Notes: a model not told the origin generated them from the letters alone. A stretch of 64,000 nucleotides of DNA from Vulcanimicrobiota bacterium (GCA_040217695.1 JBEHWO010000002.1:8538-72537), one strand, 5' to 3'. Shown: positions 53,547 through 62,509, counted from the stretch's first letter. Made by a program: numbers and translations.

Positions 53547-55106
53547 TTATACAGGACTTTCCACCTTTTCAGGGATATCAGAACTCTTTGCAGGTCTTCC
53601 GAACTGTTTTTCTATATCCTGTCTGTATAAATTATTATAGGTACAGAAAGGTATGAGTCTTCCGTCCGGCACTGCATAATGTATTACACATCTGCTGGTT
53701 CTCTCCACATCAATATTATAGAGATCCATAAAATGCATATTACTCACAGTGATTGTATTACGGTTGAGTCTGTCAACAGTTTTTCTCTCACCTGTTGTGA
53801 CAATCTCTTTAATGAGATTTACAAAGGTATTTACATTCAGATCTGACGGTAAATTCTTTGTTTTTACAAACTTTGCAATATTTGTGACAAAATTATAAGA
53901 AATCTTCAGTTTGCTTGTACCTTTATCGAGTAAAGTTGCCTGTTGGTCAAGGAAATCGACAATCCCTGCCATATCAAGGAATCTTGTGTAAGGTATAAGT
54001 TTTCCGTTATCTACATAGGTAAGACAGTGACTTCCGCAGTGAGGATGACATGAAACATTTTTAAAACGTTTCATCTGCATCTTCCATGAATTATAGAAAT
54101 GAAGGAATTTGGATGTAAAGGCATAGGGCAGGAAATCATCTGCCGTAATAGCTCCGTCTGTCTGTTCTTCAAGGAGTCTGAAACCATCGGGAGTAGTTAT
54201 TCTCTGTTCTACAAGATCCTTGAATTCAAGATCCATCCTTCCCATAAAGGAAACCTGCTGGAAATTAACGGTTTTTATGACATCTTTATTATCGGCACAG
54301 AACCTTACTATATCACCTAGTTGATGGTCGTTTACACCTTTGGCCACTGTAACAACGAGGAAGAAGCAGTTATCTGCTATTTCTTTACTCTTAAATCCGG
54401 CCTGTCTCATATTCTCTATGGCTTTCATCTTTATCGGAAGAATATCAAAGCCTCTTGTTTTTAAATATACGTCGGGAGTAGTGCCGTCAAACTGTAAATA
54501 TACCTTTGTAAGTCCGCTGTCTATAAGTTTTTTACAGTAATCGACACTCTTTGCCAGTTTAATGCCATTTGTATTGATATAAATAGCAGTATAACCGACC
54601 TCTTTTGCAAGGGCAAGTATTTCAGGCAGATCTTCTCTGACAGTCGGCTCACCGCCTGAGAACTGTATTGTTGTAAGGGGAGCAGGGTTTACTTTCTTTG
54701 CATTTTCAAGCATAAACCTTATCTCTTCCATAGTAGGTTCAAATACATGTCCTCCTTCATTGACCTTGGCAAAACAGACAGGACATCTCAAATTACATCT
54801 GTTTGTAATATCCATTATGAGCATATAGGTTCCCGAATGATGTTCTTTACATATACCGCAGTCAAGAGGGCATCCCTTTATTTTATCATTATGCGGTGTC
54901 TCAAACCCCTTATCTGTTACGCTGTAATAATTGAATCTTTTAAAAGATTTCGGGTCGGACCAGTAAATATCAAGAGTTTCTCCATGTTCGGGACAATGCT
55001 TTTTCATCCATATCTTATCATTTTCTTCATAAACATGGGCTTCCAGCATCTTTCTACATGTGGGACACATGGACCCGGTTTTAAAATCAACTTTATTGTT
55101 ATCCAT
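53547..55106 (-). CDS. Radical SAM enzyme of the MJ0619 / tetraether-lipid-synthase (Tes, GDGT-MAS) family
   Basis: N-terminal zinc ribbon CPTC..CPEHG, GCPLDCGICKEH, radical SAM motif DITNRCNLRCPVCFA, GGEPT, and the C-terminal block MHFMDLYNIDVERTSRCVIHYAVPDGRLIPFCTYN. The family is recalled from memory and not searched. Confidence 0.7.
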   Translation of the reverse strand: MDNNKVDFKTGSMCPTCRKMLEAHVYEENDKIWMKKHCPEHGETLDIYWSDPKSFKRFNYYSVTDKGFETPHNDKIKGCPLDCGICKEHHSGTYMLIMDITNRCNLRCPVCFAKVNEGGHVFEPTMEEIRFMLENAKKVNPAPLTTIQFSGGEPTVREDLPEILALAKEVGYTAIYINTNGIKLAKSVDYCKKLIDSGLTKVYLQFDGTTPDVYLKTRGFDILPIKMKAIENMRQAGFKSKEIADNCFFLVVTVAKGVNDHQLGDIVRFCADNKDVIKTVNFQQVSFMGRMDLEFKDLVEQRITTPDGFRLLEEQTDGAITADDFLPYAFTSKFLHFYNSWKMQMKRFKNVSCHPHCGSHCLTYVDNGKLIPYTRFLDMAGIVDFLDQQATLLDKGTSKLKISYNFVTNIAKFVKTKNLPSDLNVNTFVNLIKEIVTTGERKTVDRLNRNTITVSNMHFMDLYNIDVERTSRCVIHYAVPDGRLIPFCTYNNLYRQDIEKQFGRPAKSSDIPEKVESPV

Positions 55107-55247
55107 AATTTAACTTAATTACTATCTGAAATACTTACGTCACAGTTTCGTAACGAATATCCAGTAGTTTACACCTCCTTAAAATTAAAACGATTTCACA
55201 TTTTATCATATTTCTTATAGAAATATAGAGATCCTTTTTAAAAATAT

Positions 55248-56051
55248 TTAAAATATTTTCTTTATCAAAGACGGAATTAAAAGTCCTAAAAAAGTAATCC
55301 ATGTAATTATATACGGAGTTAAAAGAACCTTACGTTTTTCGACCCAGTCAGGGCAAACAGGTTCTTTTATTTTAAACTTGCTGGACGGTCCGCCCATAAA
55401 AAACGTCTTGTAACATTCAACAACCATTCTCTCGGAGCCGATACAGGCAAAAAACAGCAGAGAATATTCACCCGTTACAAGAGGTGACAGAATACCTCCC
55501 CATATGCCGCCAAAGATAAAACTCCTGGGGAATTTCACAATATCAAACCCCTCTATAGGAGCATCTTTCCACATGCCTCCCAGAGAAGAAGCAAGTCCGC
55601 TCATAGCCCCCCAGAAAATACAGGTCAACAAATGGATCCTTATAAAATTCCCGTATATTTCAGGTATGCAGAACATGGCATAAATCAGTCCGAGGAAACC
55701 GATACCGAGAAAAATTCTGAGTATTTTGCCGTCTACGATTTTTCCGAGATAATGAAATTTTGTAGGTATATTATATTTTTCCTGGTTTTCTTCTCTGAAA
55801 AATGCTTTGAGAGTCTCTGTAAATACTCTTTCCAGAGCGATTACAAAAACAAAAAAGAGAGCCAGATTAATTTCTTTATAACCGTGGATCTTCAGAAGAA
55901 AAGGCATTATCAGCCCGAATACGGCACCGACAATTATACTTCTTATATATTTTTTTATAATAAACGGTTCATAGGGAGAATCTTTATATCCACCCCAGCA
56001 GGATGAATGTAATCCTGCTATAGAGCCTACCAGAACATAGATTAATAACAT
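55248..56051 (-). CDS. Polytopic membrane protein of unknown function (about 8 TM)
   Basis: 267-aa hydrophobic ORF, 24 nt downstream of the CDP-alcohol phosphatidyltransferase gene. Confidence 0.6.
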   Translation of the reverse strand: MLLIYVLVGSIAGLHSSCWGGYKDSPYEPFIIKKYIRSIIVGAVFGLIMPFLLKIHGYKEINLALFFVFVIALERVFTETLKAFFREENQEKYNIPTKFHYLGKIVDGKILRIFLGIGFLGLIYAMFCIPEIYGNFIRIHLLTCIFWGAMSGLASSLGGMWKDAPIEGFDIVKFPRSFIFGGIWGGILSPLVTGEYSLLFFACIGSERMVVECYKTFFMGGPSSKFKIKEPVCPDWVEKRKVLLTPYIITWITFLGLLIPSLIKKIF

Positions 56052-56075
56052 CAGGAATCTCTTCAGTATAAGAAT

Positions 56076-56738
56076 TTAGTGGATTACACATTCATGTGTT
56101 TCCACGGAAGAAGAAATTTTCTCTTCTTTTTCAGGGAGAGCTTTCTCTTCTTTTTTCAATATAATAGAATATTCTATTAACATAACAATGACTGTTATAT
56201 GTGAAAGAATTGTTATCAAAATAATACTGTAGCTGAAAAACACAGGTTTTATAAGTCCGAGTATAAGACCGACCCATATAATCAAACCTCTGTCTCCCCT
56301 GCCTACAAGTTTAAAAGGCTGCTTTTTTGTGAGTATTCCGCCTACATTTGACACAACACTTATGAGAACACTGCCCCATATAGATAAAATACCCCATATA
56401 AGAGAAGGCATAAGAACAGGTTCCATAGAAAGACCTGCAGCAAGTCCGATAAAACCTTCCACATATTTGTCTACTGTAACATCAAGGAGACGACCAAAAG
56501 GAGTCGTAGTTTTTTTGAGTTTCGCTATTTCTCCGTCCATTATGTCACAGCATGCCATAGCAAGTCCAAAAACCATAGCCCAGAAATAGGAACGGAAATA
56601 TATCATTAAAGACATGGAAAAACCCATAAAAAGCCCTATCATAGTCCACGTATTCGGTGTAAAACCCCATCTGGAAAGACGGTCTGCCACTTTAAGATAA
56701 TATTTCCTGTGGGCACTCTGTCTGAGTTCGTAAATCAT
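56076..56738 (-). CDS. CDP-alcohol phosphatidyltransferase family protein
   Basis: Exact family motif D-x2-DG-x2-A(K)-x8-G-x3-D-x3-D in CDIMDGEIAKLKKTTTPFGRLLDVTVDK. 6 TM segments. Confidence 0.85.
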   Translation of the reverse strand: MIYELRQSAHRKYYLKVADRLSRWGFTPNTWTMIGLFMGFSMSLMIYFRSYFWAMVFGLAMACCDIMDGEIAKLKKTTTPFGRLLDVTVDKYVEGFIGLAAGLSMEPVLMPSLIWGILSIWGSVLISVVSNVGGILTKKQPFKLVGRGDRGLIIWVGLILGLIKPVFFSYSIILITILSHITVIVMLIEYSIILKKEEKALPEKEEKISSSVETHECVIH

Positions 56739-56910
56739 AATTATCTCCTAATAATCACAGAAAGCTTTAAGAGCATCTTTTTTTGAGTAAGAACAAAGTA
56801 AAAAAGTAAATTGGAAGTATTATATCACAGGGAATTTTAAAAAGCAACCATATTTTATTATGAGAAGGGTTTCATAAAATTATGTAGAAAATATTTTATT
56901 CTGTAAAACA

Positions 56911-57000
56911 TTACTGTGGTGAGCATAAAATATATGCTCCCGTGACGCGTAACGCGTGACGGGAGGAAAAATTTTATTACATGCTTATGCTCAGGTCAGA
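56911..57000. mobile_element. MITE-like repeat element, copy 4
   Basis: ttactgtggtgagcataaaatatatgctcccgtgacgcgtaacgcgtgacgggaggaaaaattttattacatgcttatgctcaggtcag. Confidence 0.7.
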
Positions 57001-57195
57001 AAAAGGGAAAAACTTCATAAATCGAAGACAATTTTAAATAAAAAACTATTGCTCTCCAGAGATTTTTCCTGTATAATCTACAATTCGAGGTATTTTTAAC
57101 AGTTAAAATCTGGTTTCTGGTTCCGGGATTCAGGTTTTTAAAATGCAACCCGGCCCATATAACCAAATTCTAAGATTCCTGTAATTTTAAAATTT

Positions 57196-58548
57196 ATGAA
57201 CAAAAAAATTATATTATTACTATCGATTTTCATATTTTTGCTTACCCCGTATATTAAAGCATCGGAAAAATCTCTAACACTGGAAGAATGTATAAACTTT
57301 GCCCTGGAGAATAATTCTTCCATAGAGGTGGCACAGAAACAGATAGATGTAACCGGTGCAAACATAAAAGAGATTAATGCAGGAAAATATCCCAGAATAT
57401 ATGTATTGGGTTCTGCAAGAAAGTGTGAGTATCAGACAGGTTATATGGATTTCAGCCTGTCACCTCCAAACCCGGACTTAACGGACGGCAAACAGATATA
57501 TTTAAACAGTGATAATTTCGATGCATCTATGGCAGTAGAAATAAGTCAGACTGTATATGACGGAGGAGACATACACATTAAATTAATCGCTGCACAGCTT
57601 GAAAAAGAAAATGCAGAAATCAACATGGAATCGGTAAAGGAAGATGTATCATATAAAGTAAAATTGGCTTTTTATTCTGCTCTTAAATCAAAAGACCAGT
57701 TCCGTCTATCAGAAGAAAATGTAAAAACCGGTGAAGAGCATTTAAAACTTGCAAAAGCACTCTTTGATGCCGGTCTTGTGCCGCAGGTAGATATGGTAAC
57801 AGCAGAAGTGGCCCTTACAAAAGCCTCCATGCTTTTTTCTCAGGCTCAGAACGAATATAATAAATCCGTTAATAATCTCAATACTGCAATGGGAAGAGAA
57901 CTGGAAGATACCGTTGATATTTACGGCGACAGCTCATACATTCTTTTACATATAGATGAAAAATCTGTGATGGAAAGAGCACTTACGGGCAGATGTGAAA
58001 TAAGACAGCTTAACCTGGCCCTCTCCAACCAGCAGGACAGTGTAAGTAATATTGAAGCCCTTATAAAACCTACAATAAATGCAAATGCAGGTTATATAGT
58101 AAGAAACAACAATTCTATCGGAAGAAAAGGGTTTTATTTCGAAGTTGGTTTAAATTTACCTATATTCAATGTAGCAGACAGGGCAGAACTTGAGAAAATC
58201 CGGGCTAAAACAGCAGAAGCGGAAAAACAGAAAGAACTGCTGGTATCAACTGTAAAACTTGAAGTAAAAAATGCCCTGCTTGATGTAAAAAGTGCGGAAA
58301 GCTGTATAGAAATAGCAGAAAAAGAAGTGGAACTGGCATTGCTTCACCTGCAGATTTCCGAAGGAAAATATAAACAGGGCGCAGGAACTATAATGGAAGT
58401 AACAAATTCACAGTTAAATCTTATGAAATCAAAAACCGATTATATCAATGCAATCTATAATTATAAAATAGCTCTGGCAACTGTCGAGCATGTAGCCAAT
58501 ATTAAGCTAGAAGACGTCCGGCAAAAAAATGATTTAACAGATAAATAA
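57196..58548 (+). CDS. TolC-family outer-membrane efflux protein
   Basis: Signal peptide. SLTLEECINFALENN. Two OEP repeats with coiled-coil heptads. Confidence 0.85.
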   Translation: MNKKIILLLSIFIFLLTPYIKASEKSLTLEECINFALENNSSIEVAQKQIDVTGANIKEINAGKYPRIYVLGSARKCEYQTGYMDFSLSPPNPDLTDGKQIYLNSDNFDASMAVEISQTVYDGGDIHIKLIAAQLEKENAEINMESVKEDVSYKVKLAFYSALKSKDQFRLSEENVKTGEEHLKLAKALFDAGLVPQVDMVTAEVALTKASMLFSQAQNEYNKSVNNLNTAMGRELEDTVDIYGDSSYILLHIDEKSVMERALTGRCEIRQLNLALSNQQDSVSNIEALIKPTINANAGYIVRNNNSIGRKGFYFEVGLNLPIFNVADRAELEKIRAKTAEAEKQKELLVSTVKLEVKNALLDVKSAESCIEIAEKEVELALLHLQISEGKYKQGAGTIMEVTNSQLNLMKSKTDYINAIYNYKIALATVEHVANIKLEDVRQKNDLTDK

Positions 58549-58604
58549 CTGAGTACCGAGATCTGTCATTCCCGCTTTCAAAGACCAGCGGTACAAGGGC
58601 CTCG

Positions 58605-58632
58605 CGTCACGCGTCACGCGTCACGCGTCACG
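58605..58632. repeat. Heptamer array CGTCACG x4, 24 nt upstream of the HlyD-family start
   Basis: cctcg cgtcacg cgtcacg cgtcacg cgtcacg attc. Confidence 0.9.
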
Positions 58633-58656
58633 ATTCTTATATAAGGGGGCATTGAA

Positions 58657-60231
58657 GTGCGACATATATTGAATTGCATATTATTCCTGACATTTATAAT
58701 AATATTATCAGGGTGTACAGAACAGAAAACCGACACACAGGATCTCAAACCGGCAGTAAAAGGCGATATAAATGAAGTGGTATCCGCATCGGGTATGGTT
58801 CTTACAAAAAAAGATCAGGTCGCTGTAACTCCTAAAATTATGGGTACAGTTGAGAAGATTTGTTTCGAAGAAAACTGCGTGGTAAAAAAAGATCAGATTC
58901 TTGTAGAGCTTGATAAAACAGATCTGTTGAAACAACTTCAGCAGGCACAGGCAAGCCTTGCAGTCGCACAGGTGCGTGTCAAACAGGCAGAAACGACAGT
59001 AGCACTTCAGCCGGACGAAATCAAAGGAAAAATAGCACAGGCAGAAGGTGCTTACAGAGCGGCACAGAAACAGGTAGAACAGTTAAAAATACAGATTGCT
59101 TCCCAGGAAGAACAGCTTAAAGCAAAAGTAACAGACGGAGAAATACTCCTTAAAGCAGCACAGGATAATATGGCACAGGCACAGGGACAGGTTCCTGTAA
59201 TAGAAGGGGAAGCATCGGCAGGATTATCCCAGGCACGTCTGGCAGTAGATACTGCAAAATCAAATTATGAAAGACAGAAAAATCTGTACAGTCAGGGATT
59301 TATATCCAAACAGGATTATGAAATATCGGAAAGTCAATATCAAAAAACATTAAATGATTATAAAATAGCAGAAGAAAAAGTAGAATCAGCCAGACTTCAA
59401 AGCCAGCAGGTCAGAAACGGTGCTGAAACTCAGGTAAAACAGGCAGAAGAAGCTCTGAGACTTGCCAGAACCTCTCTTACAAAGCAGAAAGAAGCTTCAA
59501 AAAAGCAGATAGATATTGCACAGGCACAGGCAGATCAGGCATATTCCGCTCTGGAAAGTGCCAGAACTCTCTATGGTCAGATAACCCTCCGTGAACAGGA
59601 AGCAGAAGCTGCAAGACATAATGTCACACAGTTAGAGATAGGCATAGAACAGATAAAAGATCAGATTAATAAGACTTCCATTAAAGCACCTGTAAGCGGA
59701 ACTATTATACAAAAGCAGGTAGTGCCGGGGCAGGCAGTTTCTCCTACCTTTCCCGTTGCCATCATAGCAAATCTGGACAGACTCATCATACAGGCTATGG
59801 TAGATGAAGGGGATATAGGTAAAGTGAAAGAACACCAGAAGGTCTTTGTAACAACCGATAATTTCCCTGAAGAAAAATTTTCAGGAGAAGTAATTATGGT
59901 GGCCTCTGCCGCTTTCGAAGGCACCAAATCAATAGAAAATGTTGCAAATTATAAAGTCACAATAGCACTGGATAATACTAAAGGACTGCTGAAGATGGGC
60001 ATGAATACCTATAATGATATAGTAGTGGCACAGAGAAAAAATGTACTTACTGTTCCAAACATAGCCATTCATCAGAGTAACGGGAAAAGTGTCGTTTATA
60101 TACCGGCTTCAAACGGACATGTAGAAAGAATAGTAGAAACAGGACTGAGTGACAATGAAAATACTGAAATAATCTCCGGTTTATCGGAAGGAGAAAAAAT
60201 AATAGCCGGTTCTGTGATAAAAAGTGAGTAG
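58657..60231 (+). CDS. HlyD/MacA-type periplasmic adaptor with a very long coiled-coil hairpin
   Basis: GTG start after AAGGGGG. Lipobox LSGC. Biotinyl-lipoyl-like halves (V.KDQILVELD / IKAPVSGTIIQK) flank about 250 aa of Q/A/E-rich coiled coil. Confidence 0.8.
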   Translation: MRHILNCILFLTFIIILSGCTEQKTDTQDLKPAVKGDINEVVSASGMVLTKKDQVAVTPKIMGTVEKICFEENCVVKKDQILVELDKTDLLKQLQQAQASLAVAQVRVKQAETTVALQPDEIKGKIAQAEGAYRAAQKQVEQLKIQIASQEEQLKAKVTDGEILLKAAQDNMAQAQGQVPVIEGEASAGLSQARLAVDTAKSNYERQKNLYSQGFISKQDYEISESQYQKTLNDYKIAEEKVESARLQSQQVRNGAETQVKQAEEALRLARTSLTKQKEASKKQIDIAQAQADQAYSALESARTLYGQITLREQEAEAARHNVTQLEIGIEQIKDQINKTSIKAPVSGTIIQKQVVPGQAVSPTFPVAIIANLDRLIIQAMVDEGDIGKVKEHQKVFVTTDNFPEEKFSGEVIMVASAAFEGTKSIENVANYKVTIALDNTKGLLKMGMNTYNDIVVAQRKNVLTVPNIAIHQSNGKSVVYIPASNGHVERIVETGLSDNENTEIISGLSEGEKIIAGSVIKSE

Positions 60232-60280
60232 TGAAAGGATAAATCTGCTAATAAAAATAAAAACATGGCATAATTATTGC

Positions 60281-60307
60281 AATATGACTTGTGATACAAG
60301 TCATATT
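60281..60307 (+). terminator. Perfect 12-bp hairpin after the adaptor gene
   Basis: aatatgacttgt / gat / acaagtcatatt followed by tta. Confidence 0.55.
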
Positions 60308-60342
60308 TTATGTACGAATAAAACCTTAAGGGGAAAGTTATT

Positions 60343-60876
60343 ATGCCGATGATTGTAAAGATATTTATTACCTTATTAATACTGTTCAGTATATGTGAGA
60401 CAGGTTTCTGTAAGGAGCAGAAAATACCTGTAATGATAGTTATAGATGAAAAGCTTCCTTTAAATATAGAAAGTAGAGCCTATCAGGAACTGGCAGAATT
60501 TTTAAAACAGAATGGTTTTGAACTTATAGTTTTTCCACAGGAAAAAAAGAATGACCTCTGCAGTCTTATTTCCGGGATTATGGAAAACAATTCTCAATCT
60601 CTGAGTCAAATAGCAAAAGACAAAGGCGCTTTATTTCTCATATGCGGTAAGCTTCAGACCATGACAACAGGAACTACGATAGTATATGATGCGACACTGA
60701 ATGAAGTTGAAATCTTCGGTGAAATAAAGTTAATTTTTCTCAACAAACCTGACATACCTCTCAATATGAAACTGAAAGAAAAAGGACTTTCAATCCATCT
60801 CCAGGAAAGTTATCAACAGGCCCTCGGAAAAGCACTGGAAGGATTCGAACGCTCCATAATCGATAGAATCAAGTAG
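60343..60876 (+). CDS. Small exported protein of unknown function
   Basis: 177 aa with a signal peptide (IFITLLILFSICETGFC). I recognise no motif. Confidence 0.55.
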   Translation: MPMIVKIFITLLILFSICETGFCKEQKIPVMIVIDEKLPLNIESRAYQELAEFLKQNGFELIVFPQEKKNDLCSLISGIMENNSQSLSQIAKDKGALFLICGKLQTMTTGTTIVYDATLNEVEIFGEIKLIFLNKPDIPLNMKLKEKGLSIHLQESYQQALGKALEGFERSIIDRIK

Positions 60877-61066
60877 AATTCAGAGACCGACAATCAGTTA
60901 CAATGGAATGGAATATGAGTTATTTCTGCAATCTCAGGCACTGCTCCCTGTCCGCTGCAAAATTTACATGCTATCCCTGATTTATAAAAGGATATATCTC
61001 ATGTCTATAGAATTTTACAGTTAGTTCCATAACTTTTAAATCCTCAAGGGGTAAAATATCTATATA

Positions 61067-62509
61067 ATGACAGAAATTCCACATAATATAATTAAAGCTC
61101 AGAAAGTATCGAATTTAATATTATTCAGTATATCTTTTGCCTCTTTTATGGTTAATCTGGATACCTATATTGTGAATATTTCATTACCATCTATAACATC
61201 AAGCTTTAATACAACAGCAGGAGAAGTTTCCTGGGTAGCTCTTTCATATAATCTCACAGTAGCCAGTCTTTTGATAATTTTTGGGAAACTCGGCGATAAA
61301 CTTGGTTTAAAAAAAGTTTTCCTATCCGGTCTTTCTATCTTTACAATCAGTTCTTTACTGTGCGGCCTGTCTCCATCTCTTCATTGTCTCATAGGTGCCC
61401 GTTTTCTTCAGGGTATAGGAGCATCTATATTATATGCCATGACACCTGCTATGGTTCCTAAATATCTTCCGGAAAACATGAGAGGTCCTGCATTCGGTAC
61501 CCTTGCTACAGCTGCAGCCCTTGGTATTATTATTGGTACCCCTCTCGGAGGGTTATTGACCGGTTATTTATCCTGGCACTGGATATTTTATATCAATATT
61601 CTTCCCGGAATAGCTGCAATTATAGTCTGTAATCATATTATTCCTGATGATGAAAAATCATGGAGGAAAAACACTGAAACTTTTGATTTTCCCGGTTCAT
61701 TTCTCAGTTTTTTTGCGTCTCTTACTTTTATTTATGGTTTAAATATGGGTCACGAACTTGGCTGGACATCATTTACTATTGGCGGTTCATTTTTTATAGC
61801 TGTCCTTTCTATAATTATTTTTATATTATGGGAATACAGAACATCAGATCCGCTTGTAGAATTAAATCTTTTTAAAAATTCTGGATTTACATGGGGAAAT
61901 ATTGCAGGTTTCTTTGCATCTAATTTTCTCTCAGGACACAACTTTTTAATGCCCTTTTACCTGACCCTTATTTTAAAACTATCGCCACAGGAAGCAGGGA
62001 TCATATATATGGTCTACTCAGCCATATATATGATTACAGGCCCTCTTACAGGCAAATTTTCCACATCAGAAAATTCAGCGATGTTATCTACTGTATCAAT
62101 GATTGCAGGTTCTATATCTACATTCATTTTTGCATTTTTTATTTCATCGAAAAGTTTTACATCAGTCATAATTTATTTTATCAGTCTCGGAATAGTTTAT
62201 GGTATATTTATAACAGCAAATAATAATTTAGTCATAGGAATGGCGCCAGAAGGGAAACATGGTATTGTTTCCGGGATTTTCAGGATGACAGGAAGACTTG
62301 GTATGGCAAGCGGCGTATGTATTTTTGAAACAATATTCTCCTCTGGCTTTGATACTAATAATTATTCATCTATTTCATCTAATTTTCTTGTCAATGGTTT
62401 CTATATTGCCTATATGTCAGGGGGATTAATTTTTATGCTTACAGCTATATGTTCAATTATTCCGGTACTTCATAAAAATGTAATAAAACAAAATGAGGTG
62501 ATAAAATGA
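61067..62509 (+). CDS. MFS transporter, 14-TM DHA2/EmrB-like
   Basis: ..GKLGDKLGLKKVF (motif A-like), and 14 hydrophobic segments. Confidence 0.8.
   Translation: MTEIPHNIIKAQKVSNLILFSISFASFMVNLDTYIVNISLPSITSSFNTTAGEVSWVALSYNLTVASLLIIFGKLGDKLGLKKVFLSGLSIFTISSLLCGLSPSLHCLIGARFLQGIGASILYAMTPAMVPKYLPENMRGPAFGTLATAAALGIIIGTPLGGLLTGYLSWHWIFYINILPGIAAIIVCNHIIPDDEKSWRKNTETFDFPGSFLSFFASLTFIYGLNMGHELGWTSFTIGGSFFIAVLSIIIFILWEYRTSDPLVELNLFKNSGFTWGNIAGFFASNFLSGHNFLMPFYLTLILKLSPQEAGIIYMVYSAIYMITGPLTGKFSTSENSAMLSTVSMIAGSISTFIFAFFISSKSFTSVIIYFISLGIVYGIFITANNNLVIGMAPEGKHGIVSGIFRMTGRLGMASGVCIFETIFSSGFDTNNYSSISSNFLVNGFYIAYMSGGLIFMLTAICSIIPVLHKNVIKQNEVIK

Noticed and set aside
55165-55180. An orphan AAGGAGGTG about 60 nt upstream of the Tes-like gene, as the RBS of an upstream small ORF.
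   Set aside because: Only a 9-codon frame with a non-canonical CTG start follows it, and there is no supporting evidence.
50673-55247. RiPP-type precursor peptides next to the two radical SAM genes.
   Set aside because: The flanking spacers are occupied by heptamer arrays and hairpins. I found no small ORF with both an RBS and a plausible leader/core peptide.
2279-56006. Antisense or out-of-frame ORFs nested in long genes. Examples: 2279-2656, 4194-4562, 12279-12866, 18119-18598, 29427-29936, 43528-44001, 44528-44953, 51735-52094, 54747-55118 and 55632-56006.
   Set aside because: Each lies wholly inside a longer ORF with strong family signatures on the other strand or in another frame. Their translations are low-complexity with odd composition.
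3974-58632. The heptamer arrays as possible CRISPR arrays.
   Set aside because: The units are 7 nt, directly tandem and without spacers. There are only 2-5 copies per site and no cas genes.
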